Assembly (NCBI GenBank): GCA_949288955.1
Contig: CASEMS010000016.1
Span: 4,379 to 68,378 of the forward strand
Direction of reading: 5' to 3'
Length of the DNA stretch: 64,000 nt
Source of the DNA: an uncultured Lentisphaeraceae bacterium
GTDB lineage: Bacteria > Verrucomicrobiota > Kiritimatiellia > RFP12 > DVOR01
Positions 34,429 through 42,891 of the stretch are shown here, piece after piece. Below the pieces are notes generated by a model. The model saw only the letters and a list, made by a program, of their open reading frames with translations, was not told where the DNA came from and made no database searches. A program made the position numbers and the translations under genes. Numbering within the stretch: position 1 is the stretch's first letter; every line of letters begins with the position of its first letter.

Positions 34429-36672
34429 TCAGTCCGTGGCGGTCTTCTTGAAGTGCTCGCGGGCGCGGAGCTGGCGGCGGGTCTTGGCGTCCTCGGGGCA
34501 GGTGGGGAAGTCGAAGGCCTCGGCGTCGCCGTAGCGGGAGTCGAGCGGCTTGGAGAAGAGGGCGCCCTCGTCGTCGGCGGAGGGCCAGGGGACCCAATCC
34601 TGCGTGTAGGCGTAGGCGGCCTTGGAGAGGGGGAGGCCCCAGAGCTCGAAGTAAGGGGTGAGGTCGCGCTGGACGGCGCGGCTCCAGGCGCAGCAGAGCT
34701 TGTCGCCGGTGGCGTCGGCGGGGAGCTTGGAGAGGTCGCCTTGGACGACGCGCATGACGCTCTCGACGCCGAAGTGGTGGGCGAGGGTCATGTAGAAGAC
34801 GAGGCGCTCGCCGACGGAGCTTTTGGCCCAGAGGTCGGGGGTGCGCTTGGCGGCCTTGGCGGCGATGGAGTCCCAGTTCGCCCGCTGGATACGGTTGAAG
34901 GGCGTGCCGTTGAGGAGGTTCATCGTGCAGGTGCCGTAGAAGTTGTTGATGACCTCGGTGTTGCCGGGGAGGGAGAAGACGCCGCCGGGGCCCTGGCCCA
35001 TGTTGTGGCCGATCTCGTGGAGCGCGCCCCAGGAGCCGGCCCGCTGGAGACCGGCGAGGTTCATCATGCCGCCGCCCCAGTCGATGCACATGATGGGATA
35101 GCCGGAGTGCCCGGCGCCGGAGTTGATCTGCGTGTCGTCCACGATGCGTATGGGCGTCCACTTCGGCTCGTTCTCGCGCGAGGGTTTCTTGATGGCCTTG
35201 GGTTTGTTGGGGTTCTGGGGCACGGGCTCCTCGGGCGCGGGGCCGTAGCGGTTGGCCTCGGGGCTGTCGGCGGCGGCCTTGGCGGCGGCGCGGGCGTTCT
35301 CCTCGGCGTCGGGCGGCGCGTCGGGGTTGAGCTGGACGAGCTTCTTGTCCTTGATGCCCCATTCGCGGCGGTCGCCGCGGAAGTTGTCGGCCTCGGAGTC
35401 GGTGGGCAGGCCGTGGCCGGAGACGCGGAGCATGATGGCGGCGGCCTTGCCCCACCACTGCGCGAGCGCCTGCATGTCCTGGACGTGGCGGACGTCCTCG
35501 GAGGGGACGGTGAGGATGACGGTCTTGGTCTGCACCTCGGCCCAGGGCGCGGGGTACTTGGAGATGGTGGAGACCCACTCTTCGTTGGTGTCCAGCCCCA
35601 GGCGGAACCAGGGCATCTGGACGCAGCCGGAGACCTCCACGTCCATCGGGCGGCGCCCGCCCTCCCACTTGAACCAGAGCACGCCGCCGAGGACGTGGCC
35701 GATCTCCTGGCGCTTCTTGGCGATGCGGAAGTCGCGCACCATGTCGGGCCAACGCCAGAGGGGGCGGTCGTCGGTGATCTGCTGCCAGCCCATCTTCACC
35801 TTCATCAGGTTGATGGGCTGGGGGTCATAGGGGTTGTTCAGCGGGTTGCCGTCCTCGTCGAGGGGGCAGATCTTCGGGGGCAGGTTGTCGCTGTGGCACC
35901 CGATGCGGGCGGTGAGCGTGCCGGAGAGTGCGCCGCAATCGAGCGTAACCACCTCGCCCGGCGGCACATAGAGCCCCGTGCTCACCCACCCGCCCTCGCC
36001 GGGGTAGAGGCGCACCTTCTTGCGGACGCGCTCGGCGTCGGCGGGCACCTTGCCGGGCCAGAGGTCGGCGGACTTGGCGGGGTAGAGCTCGTCCATCCCC
36101 AGGCGCTGCGCCTTCCAGCTCTGATAACGCACCAGCAGCAACTCCAACGGCCACTTGATGCTCACGCCGCGCGAGGGGCCGCAGACCACCTCTCCGCCAC
36201 GACGGTAGAGCAGCTCCTCCAAGGCGGCCTTCAGCTGGCGTGCGTCCTTGGCCAACGAGCCGCCCTCCTCGGTGTCGCTGTTGAAGATGCGCATGGTCTC
36301 CACGTAGGCCACCATGCCCTGTCCCGTCTGGCCCGTCGCCTTGCCCCCCACGCCGTCCCCGGCCAGGCCGCCACCGTCGTCCGCGTACCTCTCCTCCGCC
36401 GCCTTCTGGTCGATCTCCAGGCGCTGGATGGCGTCGAACCACGGCCCCACCTCGCGGGCCACCTTCCTCATGCGCTCGCGCTCCTTCAGCTCGGCGCGGT
36501 ACTCGGCGGCCGAGGGCAGGCCGTTGGTGGCCACGATCTTGCGGTCGTAGTCCAGCTTCTCGATGACGTGCCCCTGGCGGGTCACCTCCGCGGGCTTGTC
36601 GTTCCGGAAGGTCAGTTGCGCGTGGGCCGCGAGGGCCAACGCGAGCATCGCGACTGTCAGCAAGCGTCTCAT
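34429..36672 (-). CDS. secreted M60-like zinc metallopeptidase
   Basis: Signal MRRLLTVAMLALALAAHAQ. The HExxH motif appears in GSWGALHEIGHNMGQ (M60/enhancin-like context). 747 aa. Confidence 0.75.
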   Translation of the reverse strand: MRRLLTVAMLALALAAHAQLTFRNDKPAEVTRQGHVIEKLDYDRKIVATNGLPSAAEYRAELKERERMRKVAREVGPWFDAIQRLEIDQKAAEERYADDGGGLAGDGVGGKATGQTGQGMVAYVETMRIFNSDTEEGGSLAKDARQLKAALEELLYRRGGEVVCGPSRGVSIKWPLELLLVRYQSWKAQRLGMDELYPAKSADLWPGKVPADAERVRKKVRLYPGEGGWVSTGLYVPPGEVVTLDCGALSGTLTARIGCHSDNLPPKICPLDEDGNPLNNPYDPQPINLMKVKMGWQQITDDRPLWRWPDMVRDFRIAKKRQEIGHVLGGVLWFKWEGGRRPMDVEVSGCVQMPWFRLGLDTNEEWVSTISKYPAPWAEVQTKTVILTVPSEDVRHVQDMQALAQWWGKAAAIMLRVSGHGLPTDSEADNFRGDRREWGIKDKKLVQLNPDAPPDAEENARAAAKAAADSPEANRYGPAPEEPVPQNPNKPKAIKKPSRENEPKWTPIRIVDDTQINSGAGHSGYPIMCIDWGGGMMNLAGLQRAGSWGALHEIGHNMGQGPGGVFSLPGNTEVINNFYGTCTMNLLNGTPFNRIQRANWDSIAAKAAKRTPDLWAKSSVGERLVFYMTLAHHFGVESVMRVVQGDLSKLPADATGDKLCCAWSRAVQRDLTPYFELWGLPLSKAAYAYTQDWVPWPSADDEGALFSKPLDSRYGDAEAFDFPTCPEDAKTRRQLRAREHFKKTATD

Positions 36673-37409
36673 GGCTCATCCTCCGCTTCGTCGTCATCCC
36701 ATACCACCGTCACTGTGCCCTGCGCGGGGCCCTTGCCGCGGCCCTTCCCCACCGCCACGCGCAACGCCCGCAGCGTCGCCGTCTCCTTGCCGGAGGGGGC
36801 GAAGCGCAGCGCCGCGGCCACGCGCCCATCCTCCCCCAGGCGCACCCAGAAGACCGCCTTGCCGCGACCCTCCGGCGCCGACGCCTCCATCCGGAAGCCC
36901 GCCGCCGCCAAGGCCCCGTCGGGCCGCACGGACACCTTCGGCGCCGTGCCCGCCGTCAGCCCCTCCGCCACGGGCGGGAGCGCCTGGCGCCAGACGCCCG
37001 CCGCGCCGCGCGCCCGCACCTCGGGCAACGGCCCCGGCCGCGCGAAGGCCACCGGCCTTGGCTCCGGCAGCGGCAGATCCAGCGAGATGCCGATGTCCGC
37101 GTCGCCCAAGGCCCCGACCAGGCGGCGGGCGTTGCCCATCCGCAGCAGCTCCCCCACCTCCCCCGCCGTCGCCTGCGCCAAACCCAGCCCGGCGGGGGGG
37201 AGGGCGTAGCGCGCGGGGTCGCCGCCGCCGGGGCGGAAGGCCAGGAAGCCGACCGCCGTGGAGGCCATCCCCGCGAGCGCCAACCCGCAGACCAGGGCCG
37301 GCGCCCACCAGAAGAGGAAGGCGCGCCAGACGGGCGAGCGCCGCCGCCGCCGCGCCTGGTAATGGCGGATCTGCTTGCGCCGCCGCTCAATGTTCTGCCG
37401 CCGCGCCAT
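36669..37409 (-). CDS. hypothetical membrane-anchored protein, possibly TonB-like
   Basis: Basic N-terminus, a single TM (VWRAFLFWWAPALVCGLALAGMA), and the C-terminal segment GKAVFWVRLGEDGRVAAALRF. Overlaps the exbD stop and the M60 start. Confidence 0.5.
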   Translation of the reverse strand: MARRQNIERRRKQIRHYQARRRRRSPVWRAFLFWWAPALVCGLALAGMASTAVGFLAFRPGGGDPARYALPPAGLGLAQATAGEVGELLRMGNARRLVGALGDADIGISLDLPLPEPRPVAFARPGPLPEVRARGAAGVWRQALPPVAEGLTAGTAPKVSVRPDGALAAAGFRMEASAPEGRGKAVFWVRLGEDGRVAAALRFAPSGKETATLRALRVAVGKGRGKGPAQGTVTVVWDDDEAEDEP

Positions 37410-37902
37410 CGCCCCCCGCCTTCGGCACCGCCACCAGGTTCACCCGCGCCACCCCGCACGCCCGCAGACGCTCCACCCAGCCGAGCGTCTCCCCATAGGT
37501 CACCGCCGCGTCCACGAGCAGGTTCAGCGCCTCGCCGGGGCGCACCCGGGCCAAGGCCTCCAGCTCCGCGACGTTGTCCGAGGAGTAGCGGCCCTCGTCC
37601 AGCAGCAGCACCGTGACGTCCCCCCGCTCGGGGGAGGAGACGCGGCGCACCACCGCCGTGGGCAGGCGCGCGGGCAGCCCCTCCTCCAACGGCGCCTGCG
37701 GCAGCTCCAGCACGCGCCCCGGCTGGATCACCGTCTGTTGCCCCAGGCACCAGAGCAGCACCGCCAGGGCCATCAGGTTGACCCACGGCACGATGAGCAG
37801 GAAGGAGCGCCACACGCGGCTGCGCGGCCACCGCCGCCCCGCGAAGGTGTGCCGCTGCCAGACGAAGGGCCCCTGCGCCGCCCGCTCACGCGCCCGCGCC
37901 AT
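37387..37902 (-). CDS. exbD: ExbD/TolR-family biopolymer transport protein
   Basis: Single TM (SFLLIVPWVNLMALAVLLW) followed by a periplasmic ExbD-like domain (...LLVDAAVTYGETLGWVERLRACGVARVNL). Follows the exbB-like gene. Confidence 0.65.
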   Translation of the reverse strand: MARARERAAQGPFVWQRHTFAGRRWPRSRVWRSFLLIVPWVNLMALAVLLWCLGQQTVIQPGRVLELPQAPLEEGLPARLPTAVVRRVSSPERGDVTVLLLDEGRYSSDNVAELEALARVRPGEALNLLVDAAVTYGETLGWVERLRACGVARVNLVAVPKAGGDGAAAEH

Positions 37903-38524
37903 CGCGCGTCCCTCCCCCTGCCGCGTTGCGCGCCAGGTAATCCAGGGTCAGCGCCACCGTCTGATCCATGTCCAGGCAGAGCGCGTCGGTCTTCTGCACC
38001 AGCACGTGGTGGGCCGCGTAGCAGAAGGCCGCGCCCACCAGGCCGGCGATGGTGGTGGCCAGCGCGCCCGCCGCCGCGCCCACCGCCGCGCCCGTCGCCA
38101 CCAACGGCGCCTCCGCGTCGATGGCCGAGAGGGCCGCGTAGCCCCCCACGAAGGTGCCGATCAGCCCGATCAGCGGCAGCAGTTGGGCGAAGAGCGAGAG
38201 CGCCATCGTCCGCCGCTCCAGGCGCGAGAGCTCCGCGTGGGCGGTGGCCGAGAGGATGTCGCGCAGGTGCGCCTCGTCGCTGCCGCGGTGCGAGATTGCG
38301 TCCGCCACCAAGGCCGCCAAGGGGCCGGGCGTCTCGTCGCAGATCGCCAACGCCTCGTCCGTCTGCCCCTTGTCGAGCACGTTGAAGACGCCCTGCAGGA
38401 AATCCTGCGGGTCGATGGCGATTTTGCGCAGGCGCAGCAGGCGGTCCACGAAGATCGCCACCGCCACAACCGTCAGCGCCACCGTCAGCCAAAACAGCAT
38501 CCCGCCGTCCCAAAAGAGACTCAT
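37886..38524 (-). CDS. exbB: MotA/TolQ/ExbB-family proton channel protein
   Basis: MSLFWDGGMLFWLTVALTVVAVAIFVDRLLRLR...LFAQLLPLIGLIGTFVG...ATTIAGLVGA is a typical ExbB/TolQ pattern. Confidence 0.8.
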   Translation of the reverse strand: MSLFWDGGMLFWLTVALTVVAVAIFVDRLLRLRKIAIDPQDFLQGVFNVLDKGQTDEALAICDETPGPLAALVADAISHRGSDEAHLRDILSATAHAELSRLERRTMALSLFAQLLPLIGLIGTFVGGYAALSAIDAEAPLVATGAAVGAAAGALATTIAGLVGAAFCYAAHHVLVQKTDALCLDMDQTVALTLDYLARNAAGGGTRDGAGA

Positions 38525-38856
38525 CCCTCGTTCCTCCGACCTGCGCAGACCGCCTCGATCGCGGCGCTCCGCCAACGCTCCGGGTAATCCCGGCACTGCC
38601 GCGGCCGCGCCGCGTAGACCCTGCAACGGTTGTCCGCGCCCAGGAAGGGGCAGGGCCCCTCCGGGTCGCCCCGCAGCGCCAGCCCCGTCCGCGACGGCGT
38701 CAGCTCCGCGTAGGCGTTCACGAACGCCCCCACCTCCATCCCCAGAAAGCCCGCCAGCGCCTCCGCGTCCCCCTCCGCCAGGCGCACCAGCCCCGGCACG
38801 CGGCAACACGCCCCGCACCCACGGCAGACAAACTTCCGTGTCCCGTCGCTTTCCAT
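38521..38856 (-). CDS. YkgJ-family (UPF0153) cysteine-cluster protein
   Basis: FVCRGCGACCR...CPFLGADNRCRVYAARPRQCRDYP. ATGA overlap with the exbB start. Confidence 0.7.
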   Translation of the reverse strand: MESDGTRKFVCRGCGACCRVPGLVRLAEGDAEALAGFLGMEVGAFVNAYAELTPSRTGLALRGDPEGPCPFLGADNRCRVYAARPRQCRDYPERWRSAAIEAVCAGRRNEG

Positions 38857-38934
38857 ATCCTTTATTATAGCACTTTGGGGCGGGGTTGGTGGGGCGCCCC
38901 CCCGAAGGCCCGGAACGCCCCGAAGGGCGGTCGC

Positions 38935-39088
38935 GGAGACTTGGCCGCCAATCCACGGAGACTTAGCCCCCGACCCAGGGAGACTCAGCCGCCAATCCAA
39001 GGAGACTTAGCGGCTGACCCGGGGAGACTCGGCGGCTGACCCGGGGAGACTCAGCGGCTGACCCACGGAGACTTGGCGGCCGATCCTG
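38935..39088. repeat. repeat locus R6: seven 22-bp units in perfect phase
   Basis: GGAGAC starts at 38935, 38957, 38979, 39001, 39023, 39045 and 39067. Example units: ggagactcagccgccaatccaa, ggagacttagcggctgacccgg, ggagactcggcggctgacccgg, ggagactcagcggctgacccac. Confidence 0.92.
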
Positions 39089-39120
39089 GGTGGGGAGGGG
39101 CGGGGGTTCGCGGACGCACC

Positions 39121-39150
39121 TTGCGGGGTGGGGGGCGGTTTTGGTATCAT
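39121..39150 (+). promoter_or_regulatory. sigma70-type promoter with extended -10
   Basis: TTGCGG (39121..39126), 18-nt spacer ending in TGg, TATCAT (39145..39150). Confidence 0.45.
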
Positions 39151-39156
39151 GGGGGC

Positions 39157-39293
39157 GCATTGAGGGAGTAGCCGGCGCGGAAACGCGCGGTAGGCCAACA
39201 GTCTCGGCGGCAACGCCTGGTCTATCTTGAATGGCGAGACTCATGTGCGGCGCGTCGCGCCGCGCAGGGTCGCCCTTTGACGCAAGCAAGGAG
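39157..39293 (+). promoter_or_regulatory. candidate yybP-ykoY (Mn2+) riboswitch aptamer
   Basis: 5' GAGGGAGUAGCC and 3' CUUUGACGCAAGCAAGGAGAC resemble the conserved GGGGAGUAG and UUGAC...AGCAAGAC strands of the family. Three internal hairpins are present: gcgcg-gaaa-cgcgc, gtctcg...cgagac and gcggcgcg-tc-gcgccgc. It lies upstream of a P-type cation ATPase, a typical genomic context. Confidence 0.5.
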
Positions 39294-39330
39294 ACGCCCG
39301 CGCGGGAGACCGCCGGGCGTTTTTGCGTTT
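39294..39330 (+). terminator. leader terminator (riboswitch expression platform)
   Basis: acgcccg ... cgggcgt stem followed by TTTTTGCGTTT, 20 nt before the ATPase ATG. The 5' arm overlaps the 3' conserved aptamer strand. Confidence 0.55.
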
Positions 39331-39349
39331 GTCAGAGGACGGAGCGAGT

Positions 39350-41938
39350 ATGGACAAGGCTTTTTGCACACCCGCCGACGAGGTGTTGCGCGCGTTGGGC
39401 GGCGACCGCCACAGGGGGTTGGACGAGGGGGCCGTGCGGGCGAGCCGCGAGGCCCACGGCGCCAACGAGCTGGCCAGGCCGGAGCCGATCGGCTGGTGCC
39501 GGCGGATCGTCGAGGCGTTCAAGGAGCCGATGATTCTGCTGTTGGTGCTGGCGCTGCTCATCATGGTGGGGGTGAACGTGGCGCATCTGCTGACGGATGG
39601 GCACACGGAGTTCGCCGAGTGCGTGGGCGTGGCGCTGGCGATCCTGCTCTCGGTGGGGATCTCGGTGGGGATGGAGGGGCGCAGCGCCAAGGCCTTCGAG
39701 GCGCTGCGCGGGATGGGGGCGGATGTCCGTCCCCGGGTGCTGCGCGGCGGCAAGAGCTTCCGCATCCCGCAGTCGGAGCTGGTGGTGGGCGACGTGATGT
39801 TCGTGGGGACGGGGGACAAGCTGACGGCGGATGGCCGCCTGCTGGAATCCAACGGCTTGGTGGCCGACGAGAGCGCGCTGACGGGGGAGTCGGCGCCGGT
39901 GGAGAAGCACGCGGCGGCCGTGGTGGCCGAGTCCGCCCCCGTGGCGGAGCGCCCGACGATGCTCTACGCGGGGAGCTATGTAACGGCGGGCACGGGCCTG
40001 ATGGTGGTGACGGCGGTGGGGATGCGCACGGAGTTCGGGCGCATCGCGGCGGCGTTGGCGGATCAGAGCGCGGGCAAGACGCCGCTTCAGGAGCGCCTGG
40101 CGCATCTGGGCAAGTGGGTGACGCTGGCGGGCATCGCGGCGGCGGTGTTGGTCTTCGCCATCCAGATCGCCCAGAACGTGCTGCGGCATGGGGAGCTGTC
40201 GTGGACGGGCGTGGGCGAGGCCTTCATCTCGGCCATCGTGCTGATCGTGGCGTGCGTGCCCGAGGGGCTGCCGACCATCGTGGCGATGAGCCTGGCCATC
40301 AACGTGCTGAAGATGGCGAAGCAGAACGCGCTGGTCAAGAAGCTCATCGCCTGCGAGACGATCGGGTGCGTCACCTTCATCTGCTCCGACAAGACAGGGA
40401 CGCTGACCGAGAACCGGATGACGCTCATCGCCCTCTGCGGCCCCGACGGCCGGCGCGTCGCGCCCGAGGGGCTGCTGCTGGAGAATCTGTGCGTGAACGC
40501 CACCGCGGACCTCGCGCCCGACGGCAAGGGCTTCGTGGGCAACCCCACGGAAGGCGCCCTCATCGTGGCCGCGGCCCAGGCGGGGCATGACCCCGCGGCC
40601 CTGCGCGAGGCGGCGGAGATCGTCGCGGTCGAGCCCTTCTCCTCCGACACCAAGCGGATGGTCACGCGCCTGGGCGGCGCGCACCCCATCGCCCTCATGA
40701 AAGGCAGCCCCGAGGCCGTCCTCGCCGCCTGTGCCCTCGCGCCCGAGGCCCGCGCCGCCGCCGAGGCCGCCATGGCGAAGTGGCAGGACCAGGCCTGCCG
40801 CGTCCTCGCCTTCGCCCACGCCGAGGGCGACGGCGCGTATGCCTACGACGGCTTCGCGGCCATCGCCGACCCCGTGCGCGCGGACGTGCCGCCGGCCATC
40901 GAGGCCTGCCGCACCGCCGGCATCAACGTGATGATGCTGACGGGCGACAACCTCATCACCGCCACCGCCATCGCCCGCTCGCTCGGGATGCTGGAGGGCG
41001 GCCACCGCGCCGTCACCGCCGCCGAGCTGGAGCGCTTGGACGACGCCGCCTTCGCCGAGGCGCTCCGCACCGTCCGCGTCATCGCCCGCTCCACCCCCTC
41101 CGTCAAGCTCCGCGTCGTGCGCACCCTCAAGGCCCAGGGCGAGTCCGTCGCCGTCACGGGCGACGGCATCAACGACGCGCCCGCCATCAAGGAGGCCGAC
41201 GTGGGCGTGGCCATGGGCATCACCGGCACCGAGGTGACCAAGGAGGCGTGCGACATCCTGCTGCTCGACGACGCCTTCGCCACCATCGTGCGCGCCATCC
41301 GCTGGGGCCGCGGCATCACTGACAACTTCAAGCGCTTCATCCTCTTCCAGCTCACCGTCAACGTCTCGGCCGTGCTCGTGGTGCTCGTGGCCGTCATCCT
41401 CGACGAGCCGCCCCCCTTCTCCGCCCTGGAGCTGCTCTGGATCAACATCATCATGGACGGCCCGCCCGCCCTCTGCCTGGGCCTGGAGCGCATGAGCGAC
41501 GACCTCCTGCGCCGCAAGCCCCTCCGCCGCGACGCCCCGCTCGTCAGCCGCGGCATGGCCCTGCGCATGGCCGTCGTCGGCGTCTTCATCGCCGCGCTCT
41601 GCCTGCTCCAGCTCAAGGGCGTGGCCGACTTCCTCGGCGTGGCCGGGGAGGAGACCCTCGCCACCGCCGTCTTCACCCTCTTCGTCTTCTGCCAGCTGGC
41701 CAACGCGCTGGCCGCGCGCCGGCCCGAGGGCGGCAACCCCCTCGGCGGGCTCTTGGGCAACCCGGCGCTCCTCTGCGCCATCCTCATCGCCGCCGCGCTG
41801 CAATGGGTCATCGTAACCTACGGCGGCGGCGCCTTCGGCACCGTGCCGCTCGACCTCGCCACCTGGGGCCGGATCCTCCTGGCCGCCGCCTGCGTGCCCC
41901 TCCTGGCGGCCCTGCTGCCGCGCTCCCGGGGCGCCTGA
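39350..41938 (+). CDS. P-type cation-transporting ATPase (type II, Ca2+/Mn2+-like)
   Basis: ICSDKTGTLTENRM (DKTGT phosphorylation site), VAVTGDGINDAPAIKEADVGVAMG, TGES-type LTGESAPV. 10-TM architecture. 862 aa. Confidence 0.92.
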   Translation: MDKAFCTPADEVLRALGGDRHRGLDEGAVRASREAHGANELARPEPIGWCRRIVEAFKEPMILLLVLALLIMVGVNVAHLLTDGHTEFAECVGVALAILLSVGISVGMEGRSAKAFEALRGMGADVRPRVLRGGKSFRIPQSELVVGDVMFVGTGDKLTADGRLLESNGLVADESALTGESAPVEKHAAAVVAESAPVAERPTMLYAGSYVTAGTGLMVVTAVGMRTEFGRIAAALADQSAGKTPLQERLAHLGKWVTLAGIAAAVLVFAIQIAQNVLRHGELSWTGVGEAFISAIVLIVACVPEGLPTIVAMSLAINVLKMAKQNALVKKLIACETIGCVTFICSDKTGTLTENRMTLIALCGPDGRRVAPEGLLLENLCVNATADLAPDGKGFVGNPTEGALIVAAAQAGHDPAALREAAEIVAVEPFSSDTKRMVTRLGGAHPIALMKGSPEAVLAACALAPEARAAAEAAMAKWQDQACRVLAFAHAEGDGAYAYDGFAAIADPVRADVPPAIEACRTAGINVMMLTGDNLITATAIARSLGMLEGGHRAVTAAELERLDDAAFAEALRTVRVIARSTPSVKLRVVRTLKAQGESVAVTGDGINDAPAIKEADVGVAMGITGTEVTKEACDILLLDDAFATIVRAIRWGRGITDNFKRFILFQLTVNVSAVLVVLVAVILDEPPPFSALELLWINIIMDGPPALCLGLERMSDDLLRRKPLRRDAPLVSRGMALRMAVVGVFIAALCLLQLKGVADFLGVAGEETLATAVFTLFVFCQLANALAARRPEGGNPLGGLLGNPALLCAILIAAALQWVIVTYGGGAFGTVPLDLATWGRILLAAACVPLLAALLPRSRGA

Positions 41939-42014
41939 GGCGCCCCCGGGGGATGGCCGCCCCGCCTGGCCTCCGCACGCATTCCGGAAGGTTCGTAAAA
42001 GGCGGCGAAAAGGC

Positions 42015-42044
42015 TTGACAGCGGGGCGGCGGGCGGTGTATATT
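42015..42044 (+). promoter_or_regulatory. sigma70-type promoter of the atp operon
   Basis: TTGACA (42015..42020), 18-nt spacer ending in TG, TATATT (42039..42044). ATG of atpB at 42073. Confidence 0.6.
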
Positions 42045-42072
42045 ACGAATCATTCTTTCGGAGAGGACGCGC

Positions 42073-42864
42073 ATGCAAGAGCAGTTGGCGAAGTTCCAAG
42101 AGTATGTGAACCACCACGTGTTGCACCACGAGGGGACGCCCGACGCGAGCACCTTCTCCGAGTGGATCTCCGGCATCGGCTTCCCCAAGCTGGCCATCTT
42201 CCACAGCGACGTGGTGATGCTGCTGGTGTTGGTGCTGCTGCTGTGCGCGATCGCCTTCCTGGCGCGCCGGAAGATCGGGCGCGTGCCCAGCGGCCTGGGG
42301 CTGCTGATGGAGAAGTACGTCATCTTCATCCGCGACGAGATGGTGGAGCCGAACTTCGGCGGCAAGGGCTCGGGCCGCGGCTTCATCCCCTTCTTCTGCA
42401 CGCTTTTCCTCTTCATCCTGATGGCGAACCTGCTGGGGCTCGTCCCGCTCTTCTCGTGCGTCACGGGCAACATCAACGTGACGGGCGCGCTCTCGCTCAT
42501 CTTCTTCATCGTGGCGCTGTGCGCGACGGTGTGGCTGGGGGGCGCGCGGGGGACGCTCGCGGCCTTCCTGCCGGGCGGCCTGCCCGGGCCGATGAAGCCG
42601 CTGATGTTCGTCATGGAGGTCATCTCCTTCTTCACGCGCACGGCGGCGCTGATGATCCGTCTCTTCGCCAACATGATGGGCGGGCACATCATGCTCTACA
42701 TCATGGCCGCGATGACGGCCATCGTGGGGTGGTACGCGGCCCCGACCGTCCTCGTCGCCTCGCTGCTTTACTTCTTCGAGCTTTTCGTCGCTTGCCTCCA
42801 GGCCTACGTCTTCACGATGCTGGCGGCGGTCTTCATCGGGATGATGGTTCATCCCCAACACTGA
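42073..42864 (+). CDS. atpB: F0F1 ATP synthase subunit a
   Basis: MKPLMFVMEVISFFTRTAALMIRLFANMMGGHIM contains the conserved Arg helix. Confidence 0.93.
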   Translation: MQEQLAKFQEYVNHHVLHHEGTPDASTFSEWISGIGFPKLAIFHSDVVMLLVLVLLLCAIAFLARRKIGRVPSGLGLLMEKYVIFIRDEMVEPNFGGKGSGRGFIPFFCTLFLFILMANLLGLVPLFSCVTGNINVTGALSLIFFIVALCATVWLGGARGTLAAFLPGGLPGPMKPLMFVMEVISFFTRTAALMIRLFANMMGGHIMLYIMAAMTAIVGWYAAPTVLVASLLYFFELFVACLQAYVFTMLAAVFIGMMVHPQH

Positions 42865-42891
42865 CACAGGACAGAAGAGAGGAACACGGAC

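Noticed and set aside
38935-39088. The 22-bp tandem arrays as CRISPR arrays
   Set aside because: The whole period is 22 bp, with only about 6-8 variable nucleotides between cores. That is far too short for repeat-spacer units. The units are degenerate rather than identical, and no cas genes lie nearby.
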